Source: Anaerolineales bacterium
GTDB taxonomy: Bacteria; Chloroflexota; Anaerolineae; JAAEKA01
Length of the DNA stretch: 62,661 bases
Direction of reading: 5' to 3'
NCBI GenBank assembly: GCA_034432445.1
Contig: DAOUBX010000094.1
Location: 1 to 62,661, forward strand
A model generated the notes under the pieces. The model ran no database searches. It had not been told where the DNA came from and worked only from the letters and a program-made list of their open reading frames with translations. Position 1 is the first letter of the stretch, and the number at the start of each line of letters is the position of its first letter. Both the position numbers and the translations under genes were made by a program. Shown here in pieces: positions 49,038 through 58,583 of this stretch.

Positions 49038-50426
49038 ATGAGCAAGATCGCTGACCTGTTTGCCCAGCCGCTCAAACCGATAAACCTAGGTCTGGAGACC
49101 TTCGCCGAAAGCATGGCCAGCCAAGGCGCAGCGCCCGTTGTCGTCGATTGGCAGCCGCCGGTCGACGGTTATGTCGAGCTTGACACCTTGCAAGGCGTTG
49201 CTGTCGATGCGGCAAACGCTGAAGCGCTGCGACGCATCACCAGCGGCCGGCCGCTGCTGGTGGGCATGGGCGTGGCGCGTGAAGTCATCCCTGGTTTCCA
49301 CGACCGCTTGATCACGCACAGTGGCCCCCCGATCACCTGGGAGCGCATGAGCGGCCCCACACGCGGCGCGGTTGTCGGCGCGCTGATCTACGAAGGGCTG
49401 GCCATCACGCCTGAGGAGGCCGAGGCGCTGGCGGCCAGCGGCGAGATCGAGTTTGCGCCCTGCCACCATTTTCATGCCGTCGGCCCCATGGCCGGTATCA
49501 TCAGCCCTTCCATGCCGGTGTTCATCGTGCGCAACGAGACCTTCGGCAACCTGGCTTATGCTACACAAAACGAAGGCTTAGGCCGCGTGCTGCGCTACGG
49601 CGCCTACGGTCCCGAAGTGATCCAACGGCTGGAGTGGATGGAGCGGGTGCTCTATCCGGCGCTGCAGCGCGCGCTGGCTAAGTCGGGGCCGATCGACCTG
49701 CGTTCGCTGACCGCCCAAGCGCTGCACATGGGCGACGAGTGCCACAACCGCAACAAGGCCGGTACCTCGCTGTTCATCCGCGCCATCGGCCCCGCCCTCG
49801 TGGAGACCAGCGACGCAGCCACGGCCGCAGCGGTGCTGCGCTTCATCGACGGCAACGACCACTTCTACCTCAACCTCTCCATGCCGGCCATGAAGGCCAT
49901 GCTGGAGCCGGCCGAGAACATCCCCGGTTGCACGGTCGTCACGGTGATGGCGCGCAACGGCACCGACTGGGGCATCCGCGTTAGCGCCACCGGCGACCGC
50001 TGGTTTACTGCGCCGGCGCCCTACGTGCAGGGCCTGTGGCTGCCGGGCTATACGGCTGATGATGCTAACCCCGACATCGGCGACAGCGCCATCACCGAAA
50101 CGGGCGGCATCGGCGGCTTCGCCCTGGCTGCGGCGCCGGCCATCGTCCAGTTCGTCGGCGGCACGCCGCAGGACGCGTTGAACACCACCCTGACGATGTA
50201 CGACATCACGGTGGGCGAGCACAGCGCCTTCAGCATCCCGGCGCTGAACTTCCGCGGCACGCCGGTCGGGGTGGACGTGCGGCGGGTGATCGAGACGGGC
50301 ATCACCCCGCGCCTCAACACCGGCATTGCACACAAAACACCCGGCGTCGGTATGGTCGGCGCGGGCTTAGTCCAGGCACCGCTGGGCTGCTTCGAGCAAG
50401 CCTTTACGGCCCTGAAAGAACTGTAG
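49038..50426 (+). CDS. DUF1116 protein (YlbE/AllG/YahG-like)
   Basis: THSGPPITW, PCHHFHAVGPMAG, LHMGDECHNRN, MARNG, PDIGDSAITETGG, INTG-like LNTGIAH. Confidence 0.9.
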   Translation: MSKIADLFAQPLKPINLGLETFAESMASQGAAPVVVDWQPPVDGYVELDTLQGVAVDAANAEALRRITSGRPLLVGMGVAREVIPGFHDRLITHSGPPITWERMSGPTRGAVVGALIYEGLAITPEEAEALAASGEIEFAPCHHFHAVGPMAGIISPSMPVFIVRNETFGNLAYATQNEGLGRVLRYGAYGPEVIQRLEWMERVLYPALQRALAKSGPIDLRSLTAQALHMGDECHNRNKAGTSLFIRAIGPALVETSDAATAAAVLRFIDGNDHFYLNLSMPAMKAMLEPAENIPGCTVVTVMARNGTDWGIRVSATGDRWFTAPAPYVQGLWLPGYTADDANPDIGDSAITETGGIGGFALAAAPAIVQFVGGTPQDALNTTLTMYDITVGEHSAFSIPALNFRGTPVGVDVRRVIETGITPRLNTGIAHKTPGVGMVGAGLVQAPLGCFEQAFTALKEL

Positions 50427-50445
50427 AGCACCAAGGAGCACATAC

Positions 50446-50658
50446 ATGACATCTGTTCCCTACGATCCTGCGATCACCAACCATCTGCAGGTGGCGGCCG
50501 AGCTGATCGCCCTCAAAGGCGCCACAGAAGAGCGCGTAGCCTGGGCGCGCTTTCTCCTGAGCGAGCTGGAGCCCATGATGCCCAAAGCAGCCTACACCGA
50601 CCTACTCACCCAGTTGCAAGAGCTGATTGCGGGGCGGCTGGCCGACGGCGCCTGGTAA
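50446..50658 (+). CDS. Small helical hypothetical protein
   Basis: SD AAGGAG; 70-aa ORF inside the operon. Confidence 0.65.
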   Translation: MTSVPYDPAITNHLQVAAELIALKGATEERVAWARFLLSELEPMMPKAAYTDLLTQLQELIAGRLADGAW

Positions 50659-50733
50659 GCCGGTTGGTCACCCTCGCAGCGCCTCCTGTCGGAAAGATCC
50701 CTGACCACCGCCTCATCTTCGGAGACACGCCCC

Positions 50734-51600
50734 ATGAAGTTCATCGACCTGTCCATTCCCCTGGGCATCGGCACTCCCGCCTGGCCCACCTACGAACCGC
50801 TGCAAGTCAAGTACTTCAAACGCCTGGCGCCCAACGGCGCCAACGGCCAGCTCCTCACCCATTCCAACCATCTCGGCACCCACCTGGACGGTGAAATCCA
50901 CTTCTACACCCCCGGCAAGGACATCGCCAGCCTGACGCTCGATTTTCTCACCGGACCCGGCGTGATCGTGGACCTCTCCGATGTCGCCGGCGACTACGAC
51001 ATCTACACATCCGCCATGGTGGAGGAGCGCGTCGAGGTGCGCGAGGGTGACATCCTGATCATCCACACCGGCTATCATCACTTCGGCTGGGACCAGCCCA
51101 CGGCGGACGAGGTGGCCTACATGGTCAAGCACCCCGGCCCCGACCGCGAGTTTGCCGAGTGGTGCAAGGCCAAGCGCATCAAGTGGATCGGCGTGGACTG
51201 CGGCAGCGCCGACCACCCCATGAACACCATCATCCGCCAATGGATGCCGCGGCAGGCCAAGGAAGCGGATGCCCATTTCCAGGCCAAGTACGGCAAGTCG
51301 CTGGCCGAGGTGTTCACCGACGACAAGTATCAGCTCATGCACATCGAGATGTTCCCTTACGGCATTATCCATGCCGAGTGCGTGGGCGGGGACATCGATC
51401 TGCTGCTCAACCGGCGGGTGCACATCGGCTGCTTCCCCTGGCGGTTCGTGGACGGCGAGGCTAGCATTGCCCGTATCGTCGCTTATGTCGATGACGATGA
51501 GTACGAAGAGCTGATGGCGCGCAAAGCCGCCATGCCCAAGACCCGCTTCGGCGACGCCATTGGCCCCCTGCCGCCGTTAGCCAAGCGGACCAACATCTAG
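50734..51600 (+). CDS. Cyclase family metal-dependent amidohydrolase (kynurenine formamidase-like)
   Basis: HLGTHLDG, GDILIIHTG, IGVDCGSADH, HAECVGGD. Confidence 0.88.
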   Translation: MKFIDLSIPLGIGTPAWPTYEPLQVKYFKRLAPNGANGQLLTHSNHLGTHLDGEIHFYTPGKDIASLTLDFLTGPGVIVDLSDVAGDYDIYTSAMVEERVEVREGDILIIHTGYHHFGWDQPTADEVAYMVKHPGPDREFAEWCKAKRIKWIGVDCGSADHPMNTIIRQWMPRQAKEADAHFQAKYGKSLAEVFTDDKYQLMHIEMFPYGIIHAECVGGDIDLLLNRRVHIGCFPWRFVDGEASIARIVAYVDDDEYEELMARKAAMPKTRFGDAIGPLPPLAKRTNI

Positions 51601-51602
51601 CC

Positions 51603-52832
51603 GTGAAGGCCATCCGTTTCAACGCCACCATCCCGCGCTATGCGGCCGGGCTGGCCCTGGGCAAGGTGCGCCCTGCACTGCTCTGGAGCGGCCTTGCCTG
51701 CACGTCCATGGAGGACTTGCCGCCACCCCCCCTGCCTGGCCCCGATTGGGTGCGCATCCGCACCCGGCTGGGCGGCATCTGCGGCAGCGACCTGAGCGCC
51801 ATCCACCTGCACACCAGCCCCTACTATTCGGCTCTGGTCTCCTTCCCCTACACCCTCGGCCACGAAAACGTGGGCGTCATTGCGGAAGAAGGGCCGCAGG
51901 TGCAAGGCTGGCAGCCAGGAGAGCGGGTTGTGGTGGAGCCCTCGCTGTGGTGCGCGCCGCGCGGCTTTGCCGCCGACGACTGGTGCCAAGCTTGCCGACG
52001 CGGCGAGATCAATCGCTGCGAACGGATGCAGGAGGGACAGCTGGCGCCTGGCATGTTCATCGGCGCGTGTCGGGACACCGGCGGCAGTTGGAGCCCCTTC
52101 TTCGTGGCGCACCACACCCAGCTCTATCGCGTTCCCGCCACCCTCAGCGATGAAAACGCACTCATGGTGGAACCCTTCGCGTGCAGCCTGCACGCCGTGC
52201 TACAGCACCCGCCCAACGACGATGATACGGTGCTGGTCATCGGCAGCGGCACCATGGGCCTCGGCGTGATCGCAGCAATACGAGGGCTGGGCAGCAAAGC
52301 TACCGTGTTGGTTGCGGCCCGCTATCCCTTCCAGGCCGAGGCCGCTCGTCGTCTGGGCGCCACCGAGGTGCTGGGTCGTGACTTGACAGAGGAAGTAAAG
52401 CTGCGCACGGCGGCGGCCGTGCGCAGACCGATGATCGGCAAGCCGGTGGTGATCGGCGGCGTCGACCTCACCTACGAGTGTACCGGCAGCGATGCCGCGC
52501 TAGATGATGCGCTGCGGCTGACACGCGCCGGCGGCAAGGTGGTGTTGGTGGGCGTGCCCGGCGTTCCGAAGGGCCTGGATTGGACCCCCATCTTCGCACA
52601 GGAGCTTACCGTAGTAGCCGCTTACACCTACCACCACGCCGAGCAGTGGCAAGGGAAGCGCTGGCGCACCTTTGACCTGGCGCTCGATCTGATGGCACGC
52701 GGCACGGTGGACCTAGGTTGGCTGGTCACGCACCGTTTCCCCCTGGCAGACTACCGCCGCGCGCTGAACATGCTCGGACAAAAGGGCAACAGTGGCATCA
52801 TCAAGGCGGTGTTCGAGTTCCCACCGGATTAG
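51603..52832 (+). CDS. Zn-dependent medium-chain dehydrogenase (MDR)
   Basis: GICGSD, LGHE, four-Cys structural Zn lobe, GSGTMG. Confidence 0.9.
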   Translation: MKAIRFNATIPRYAAGLALGKVRPALLWSGLACTSMEDLPPPPLPGPDWVRIRTRLGGICGSDLSAIHLHTSPYYSALVSFPYTLGHENVGVIAEEGPQVQGWQPGERVVVEPSLWCAPRGFAADDWCQACRRGEINRCERMQEGQLAPGMFIGACRDTGGSWSPFFVAHHTQLYRVPATLSDENALMVEPFACSLHAVLQHPPNDDDTVLVIGSGTMGLGVIAAIRGLGSKATVLVAARYPFQAEAARRLGATEVLGRDLTEEVKLRTAAAVRRPMIGKPVVIGGVDLTYECTGSDAALDDALRLTRAGGKVVLVGVPGVPKGLDWTPIFAQELTVVAAYTYHHAEQWQGKRWRTFDLALDLMARGTVDLGWLVTHRFPLADYRRALNMLGQKGNSGIIKAVFEFPPD

Positions 52833-53847
52833 CTGGGCCGACCGGCAGTACGACGATCTCGAACAGCTTAGGCCACCATTTGCCCGTGACGAACAAGCGA
52901 CCGGTCGCGGCATCGTAGGCGATGCCGTTGAGCACATCCACCGGCTGGGCGCGATCCTCTGGCGGCAGCAGCCCGCTCAGATCGACCCAGCCGGTGACGC
53001 GTCCACTGGCCGGATCGATGCGCGCGATCAGGTCGGTCTGCCAGACGTTGGCCCACACCTCCCCCTCGATGTACTCCAACTCATTCAGACGCGTCACAAG
53101 CTGCCCGGCCTCGTCCACCACAGCGAGCCGCTCGCGCTCCTGCAAGGTGTCGGGGTCCAGGAAACGCAGCTGGTTGGTGCCGTCGCTCATGATGAGCTGC
53201 TGACCATCGGTCGTGAGCCCCCAGCCCTCCCCGACATAGCTCCACGTATCCAGCAACGTGAGCGTGCGCCGGTCATAGACGAAACCCACTTGCTCCTGCC
53301 AGCTTAGCTGGTAGATTTTGTCGCCTAGAATGGCGATGCCCTCACCGAAGACCTCGTCGGGCAGACGCACCCCTTGCAACACCTGCCCGGTTGTCGGGTC
53401 CACGATGCGCAAGGTGGACTGCCCACGCAGGCCGGTGCCCTCGTAGAACACGCCGTCAAGATAGACCAGCCCCTGGGTAAAGGCGCCGGGGTCGTGGGGA
53501 AAGGCGTTGACCACCTGGTACGTGTAGACAGGCACGGACGAAGCCAGACTGACAGATGTTGGGGCACTGGACACGGGCGTGGCCGTGGGTGCAGCCGTGG
53601 TAGAGGTGGGGATGGGCGAGGGCGAAGCCTGCGTAGGGAGGGGAAGTGGCGGCGTTCCGATCGTCACGAGCGTCTTGTCTGCCGCGGGAGTCGGCGGCGG
53701 CAGCGCAGGTGTTGAAGTCTCTCCCTGGCAGGCCGCTGCGATCAGACAAAGCAACGCCATAGGAATGGCCAGAAGAGCGCGACGCACTAGCGACGAGCGC
53801 CGAGGCACACCGCGAGGCAAAGCAGGACGGCGCACGGGCCAAGCCAC
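52801..53847 (-). CDS. Glutaminyl-peptide cyclotransferase lipoprotein (start uncertain)
   Basis: LIAAAC lipobox, Pro/Thr linker, AFTQGL, FGEGI, EGWGLT, LNELE, LNGIAYD, TGKWW. Confidence 0.88.
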   Translation of the reverse strand: MAWPVRRPALPRGVPRRSSLVRRALLAIPMALLCLIAAACQGETSTPALPPPTPAADKTLVTIGTPPLPLPTQASPSPIPTSTTAAPTATPVSSAPTSVSLASSVPVYTYQVVNAFPHDPGAFTQGLVYLDGVFYEGTGLRGQSTLRIVDPTTGQVLQGVRLPDEVFGEGIAILGDKIYQLSWQEQVGFVYDRRTLTLLDTWSYVGEGWGLTTDGQQLIMSDGTNQLRFLDPDTLQERERLAVVDEAGQLVTRLNELEYIEGEVWANVWQTDLIARIDPASGRVTGWVDLSGLLPPEDRAQPVDVLNGIAYDAATGRLFVTGKWWPKLFEIVVLPVGPANPVGTRTPP

Positions 53848-54379
53848 AAGATTACTCTCCTGGGGCGTGCACCCATGTGCTGTTCGATTTGCAATCAGTG
53901 AGGACATCGTGGGGAACTCCGTGGCAGCCTGGCCACACAGGGCGAACTCGGCCCGTTGAAAGTTCGGAGTCTCAGCTTCAGCCGGCGCTTGGCGCCACAC
54001 CCGGCTAGAGCCTAGTCGCCTGCCGCCTGAGAACCGCTAGTACATTTGCACCAGCCTCTGCTCGATGCGACGCCGGGCGCTGCTGGAAACGCCGAGCCGT
54101 TTGCCTTAGGGCGGCGACCTAAAGCGAGCGTCGCCATTATACTCCAGGATCAGCCGTCTACCGCAATGGGGCGATACGCTGCGGAATGTCACATGACCAT
54201 CGGTATGACCTTTGGCACTGTTCGACATGACCGGATCGGCTGTACACTTACAGCAGAAACGCACGAGAACTGACGAAGCAAGATGCGGGACATCGACACC
54301 CGCGAGATCGACAGGCGGCGCTGCGACGACACCCTTGGTCTCACCGCCGCCAGAACCTACAAGAACAAGGAGTGCTCCC

Positions 54380-54913
54380 ATGTCTTCTCAACCCCAATCC
54401 ACCAAAACCAACGCCCAGGAACCCATGCACACCCGTGACCGCCTGATTCTCGGTGTGATGCTGATCCTGATCGGCTTGATCACGTTTCTCAGCCAGATCA
54501 TCGATCTGCCGAGCATCGAATGGCTGATCCTACCCACTCTGGCGCTGATCTTCTTGGTCTGGGGCCTGATCGTCCGTGAAATCGGTCTGGTGATCCCCGG
54601 CGGCATCCTGGCCGGCGTAGCTTTGGGAATCTATCTGATTACCGGCCCGCTCGCCAAACAGCTCGAACAGGACCAAGGCGGTGTGTTCTTGATTGCCTTT
54701 TCCGCTGGCTGGGCCCTAATCTCGCTGCTCTCGCCGCTGACCAAGCAGCGCTTCCAGTGGTGGCCGCTTATTCCAGGAGGGATTATCGGCATGGTCGGCC
54801 TGGCGCTACTGCAAGGCGGCACAGCCCTCAGGCTCCTAGAAATCGCCGGCTATGCCTGGCCGCTGATCTTAGTCGGCGTTGGCGCATACTTGCTGCTCAA
54901 ACGCCGAGCCTGA
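54380..54913 (+). CDS. LiaF/DUF5668-like polytopic membrane protein
   Basis: SD AAGGAG; repeated WWPLIPG / WPLILVGVG helices. Confidence 0.65.
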   Translation: MSSQPQSTKTNAQEPMHTRDRLILGVMLILIGLITFLSQIIDLPSIEWLILPTLALIFLVWGLIVREIGLVIPGGILAGVALGIYLITGPLAKQLEQDQGGVFLIAFSAGWALISLLSPLTKQRFQWWPLIPGGIIGMVGLALLQGGTALRLLEIAGYAWPLILVGVGAYLLLKRRA

Positions 54914-55177
54914 GAGCTCTCTTCTTCCAAGGAATTGGTTGGAGATTAACAGTACAATTCGGCAACTACTTAGCCTCGACAGAATAGAACGCAGATAACG
55001 CAGACGAGCACGGACTCACGCAGATCGGATGGTCCCTAGCGGTCACTGCTGACCGGCCGGACACATGTCCACCGACATCGCCGAGATGACGAGATGATCG
55101 GTTGATCTTCAACCATTCACCGGGCTCCTCTGCAACAGGCCGCAGAGACAGGCGCGCTGTCTCTGCGGGCCTTGCGG

Positions 55178-55206
55178 TTGCGAGATACGCTGTCTTGCAG
55201 TATGAT
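55178..55206 (+). promoter_or_regulatory. Sigma70 promoter, probably leaderless kinase mRNA
   Basis: TTGCGA-N17-TATGAT, ending 6 nt before ATG55213; no SD. Confidence 0.6.
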
Positions 55207-55212
55207 TGCGTT

Positions 55213-56460
55213 ATGACCAACACCTCCCGCCCACGACGCACTCTCGATCCGCTGGCACTCAGCAGCTACGTGGTAGTATTTGCCGTGGGCATCCCCAGCA
55301 TGTGGAGCCTGTTTAGCCACCAGGAGCCCTATCGTTGGGCTGCCGCCGGCCTGCTGGCCACCTTCGCAGCGCTGAACTTCGTGCCAGACACGGCTTTCAA
55401 CAGCCTGAAAGTACGCCACGCGCACGCTTACATGGCCGTGATGTCGGCGCTGATCGTGGGCTTGGTGCTGCTGCCGCCGGGAACTCCCTGGTTTGTCGTC
55501 CTCTTCTTCGTCTTGAGCGCCGAGGCAATGCTGCGCTTTCGTGAGCAAAGCGGCTATGCCTGGGTGGGGGGCTTCAGCGCATTGACGGTGATCACCTTCC
55601 TGTGGACCGGGCGCGGCGAGCTGGGCATTCTGCTGTCTGCGCCCCTCTACATTGCCGGGTACTTCTTCTTTGCCGCTTTCGCCACCCAAACAGCGCATGC
55701 CGAAGCCGCGCGCGCCGAGAGTCAGCGCTTGTTGGAGGAGCTACAACAGGCCCATCAGGCGTTACAGGAATATGCCGCCCGCGTCGAAACGTTGGCTGTC
55801 GCCGAGGAACGCAACCGGCTAGCGCGCGAGATGCACGATACCCTAGGACATCGCCTCACGGTGGCGTCGGTACAGCTACAAGCAGCCGAACGACTGGCGC
55901 ACAGCGACCCCGACCGCACAGCGCACACCGTCAGCTTGGCTCGCGAACAAGTAAGCCAAGCGCTGGCGGAGCTGCGCCAGACGGTGGCCGTGCTGCGCTC
56001 ACCGCTGGAGATGGACATGCCCCTGGATGCGTCGCTGCGTCGTCTGGTTGCGGCTTTTCAGGAAGCGACCGGCATTCCCGTGCGCACCGACTTTGCTCCG
56101 CAGCTAGCTGCCTTGCCGCGGACGCATCAGCTAGCCATTTACCGCGGTGCCCAAGAAGCGCTCACCAACGTTCAGAAGCATGCGCATGCCACCGAGGTTC
56201 GGTTGACCGTGGTTCGGCTCGACCACGCAATCCAATTGCTGGTCGAGGACAACGGGATCGGAATAGCCAACGCTGCGCCGGCGCGAGGGTTCGGCCTGCG
56301 CGGGCTGCGTGAGCGAGCTGAGCAACTGGGCGGCGCCTTTGAGTTTGGACAGGGCGACCACGGCGGAAGCCGATTGTCGCTCTGCCTGCCGCTGGTGACC
56401 ACTGACGAAGCGAGCGCCCCGATACCCGGACTACGACAGGAGACGGCCGGCCATGACTGA
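55213..56460 (+). CDS. HisKA_3 (NarX/LiaS/DesK-type) sensor histidine kinase
   Basis: ERNRLAREMHDTLGH, QEALTNVQKHA, EDNGIG, GFGLRGLRERA; about five N-terminal TMs. Confidence 0.93.
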   Translation: MTNTSRPRRTLDPLALSSYVVVFAVGIPSMWSLFSHQEPYRWAAAGLLATFAALNFVPDTAFNSLKVRHAHAYMAVMSALIVGLVLLPPGTPWFVVLFFVLSAEAMLRFREQSGYAWVGGFSALTVITFLWTGRGELGILLSAPLYIAGYFFFAAFATQTAHAEAARAESQRLLEELQQAHQALQEYAARVETLAVAEERNRLAREMHDTLGHRLTVASVQLQAAERLAHSDPDRTAHTVSLAREQVSQALAELRQTVAVLRSPLEMDMPLDASLRRLVAAFQEATGIPVRTDFAPQLAALPRTHQLAIYRGAQEALTNVQKHAHATEVRLTVVRLDHAIQLLVEDNGIGIANAAPARGFGLRGLRERAEQLGGAFEFGQGDHGGSRLSLCLPLVTTDEASAPIPGLRQETAGHD

Positions 56461-57109
56461 GGATGTCAGCATCCTATTGGTAGACGATCAACGCCTGATG
56501 CGCGAAGGCCTGCGCACCTTGCTGGAGATGGAGCCGGGCATGCGAGTGGTTGGCGAGGCTGCCAATGGCCAGGAGGCGCTTGAACTGTACGCCAAGCTGG
56601 CGCCCGATGTCGTGCTCATGGACGTGCGCATGCCGGTGATGGACGGCGTGGAGGCCACGCGCCAACTGTTGGCCCGCTGGCCACAAGCTCGCATCGTGAT
56701 CCTGACCACCTTCGACGACGACGAGTACGTGTTCGATGCATTGCGGGCCGGCGCGCTGGGTTATCTGCTGAAGGATGTGTCGATCCAGGAGCTGGCCGAC
56801 GCCATTCGCGTCGTGATGGCTGGCGGGGTGCTCATCGAGCCCTCTGTGGCGCGCAAGGTGGTGGCCGAATTGGCCAGGCTGGGGCCAGTCCCGCACAAAG
56901 ACCCGTCGTCGCTGGTCGAGCCGCTGTCTGAGCGCGAGCAAGATATCTTGCGGCTGGTAGCGCGCGGCCTAACCAATCGCGAGATCGCCCAGCAACTTTT
57001 TCTGGCCGAAGGCACAGTCAAGAACTACGTGACCAACATCTTGGGCAAGATCGGCGCACGCGATCGCACCCAAGCAGCCGTGCGCGCGCGTGATCTAGGG
57101 CTGGCGTAA
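56453..57109 (+). CDS. NarL/LuxR family response regulator
   Basis: LVDD, LMDVRMP, LTTF, YLLKD, LSEREQDIL...TVKNYV. Confidence 0.95.
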   Translation: MTEDVSILLVDDQRLMREGLRTLLEMEPGMRVVGEAANGQEALELYAKLAPDVVLMDVRMPVMDGVEATRQLLARWPQARIVILTTFDDDEYVFDALRAGALGYLLKDVSIQELADAIRVVMAGGVLIEPSVARKVVAELARLGPVPHKDPSSLVEPLSEREQDILRLVARGLTNREIAQQLFLAEGTVKNYVTNILGKIGARDRTQAAVRARDLGLA

Positions 57110-57167
57110 TTCACGATTGGAAGGCTGACTGCAACAAAACGCGGGGGGCAAGCGTAAAGTGAATGCG

Positions 57168-58583
57168 ATGGACTACAAAGACTACTACGCCATCCTGGGC
57201 GTACCGCGCACAGCTGACGAACAGACGATCAAAAGCGCTTATCGTCGCTTGGCTCGCGTCTATCACCCGGACGTTAACAGCGACAAGGTGGCAGCCACCG
57301 AGAAGTTCAAAGAGATCAATGAGGCCTACACCGTGCTGTCGGACCCGGACAAGCGTCGGACCTACGACAGCTTCGACGCGCAGTACCAACGCTATCAGCG
57401 CCCGACCTATGGCCCAACCGAGCCGCCGCGCAGCACTGGTTACAGCCGGACCGAGCCGCAGCAGCCGAGCTCTGCCGGCGCAGGCCGACCTGGCTCTGGC
57501 GCAGCGGGCAACAGTCGCCAGCAGCAGCAACGAACCACGCGCACCATCTCGGAGGAGGAGTTCGAACAGATCTTCCGCGGGTTTTCGTGGGTCTTCGGCG
57601 CCGGCGCGGCCGGCGCCCACCCTAACTCCGGCGATTTCTCCGACTTCTTCGAGGCGCTCTTCGGCAACCGATGGGCGGGAGGCCAAGCAGGCGCCCGCAG
57701 CGCTGTGCGCGCCATGGCCGGTCAAGACATCGAAATGGAGCTGCCGGTCAGCCTGGAAGAAGCCTTTCGCGGGACAACACGCACCTTGCACTTCGACGAT
57801 GGCCGCCGCATCGAAGTCGATATCCCGCGCGGTGTTGACACCGGCACACGGCTGCGCATTCGCCAGCAGGGCGCCCGCGGCTTTTTCGGCCTGCGGGGTG
57901 ACCTCTATCTGACTGTCCGGGTGGGTAGCCACCCGCTGTTTACGCGTCGGGGGAACGACCTGCATGTGCGTGTGCGAGTCGATGCCGATGCCATTCAATC
58001 TACCGGCGAGGTTCAGATTCCCACCCTCGATCGGCCGGTCACGCTCAAACTAGCGCCGAACGCTGCCAGCAGCCACGTCTACCGCCTGCGTGGGTTAGGT
58101 ATGCCGATTCTGAGCCAACCCGGCCAGCGCGGCGACCTGCTGGCTGTTGTCGAGATCGTCGGTGCGCCGCCCGCGCAGCCGAAGCCGGCAGCAGCGCCTG
58201 TCAAACGGACAAGCCGCTGGGCGCGTTTGTGGGATAGACTGCGGCGCCTTGCAGGCTTCAGCTTGCTGGCCGTAGGCTTTTTCGGAGTCGTGGCACAGAT
58301 GGTGGTGGCCGAAGACGCAGGGTGGCTGTTGGCGGCAGCCTTGGCCACCGTGCTGCTGATGCAGGCTGTGGCCAAACGTTCGCTGGGGCTGACCATTGCG
58401 TCCTGGGTCGCCCTGCTGAGCAGCGCCTGGCTGTTCTTCCAGGCAGACATGAACCCTGCTGCGCTGCCGCAGCTTGCGTGGCCGCTGCTTCCCTTGGCTG
58501 CCGGCCTGCTGGCCTGGCCGCGTCGCTCAAAGGTTGCGACCAGCCGTAATCGTGCGAATCGCGCCAGCAGGCGAGCAACTTAG
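57168..58583 (+). CDS. CbpA-like J-domain protein with a C-terminal membrane extension
   Basis: DYYAILGV, YHPD, FSDFFEALFG, GDLY/GDLL C-terminal domain, then about four hydrophobic helices. Confidence 0.88.
   Translation: MDYKDYYAILGVPRTADEQTIKSAYRRLARVYHPDVNSDKVAATEKFKEINEAYTVLSDPDKRRTYDSFDAQYQRYQRPTYGPTEPPRSTGYSRTEPQQPSSAGAGRPGSGAAGNSRQQQQRTTRTISEEEFEQIFRGFSWVFGAGAAGAHPNSGDFSDFFEALFGNRWAGGQAGARSAVRAMAGQDIEMELPVSLEEAFRGTTRTLHFDDGRRIEVDIPRGVDTGTRLRIRQQGARGFFGLRGDLYLTVRVGSHPLFTRRGNDLHVRVRVDADAIQSTGEVQIPTLDRPVTLKLAPNAASSHVYRLRGLGMPILSQPGQRGDLLAVVEIVGAPPAQPKPAAAPVKRTSRWARLWDRLRRLAGFSLLAVGFFGVVAQMVVAEDAGWLLAAALATVLLMQAVAKRSLGLTIASWVALLSSAWLFFQADMNPAALPQLAWPLLPLAAGLLAWPRRSKVATSRNRANRASRRAT

Noticed and set aside
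52801-52832. 32-bp convergent overlap of the dehydrogenase and glutaminyl cyclase genes
   Set aside because: Short tail overlaps of non-conserved C-termini are common and imply no function.
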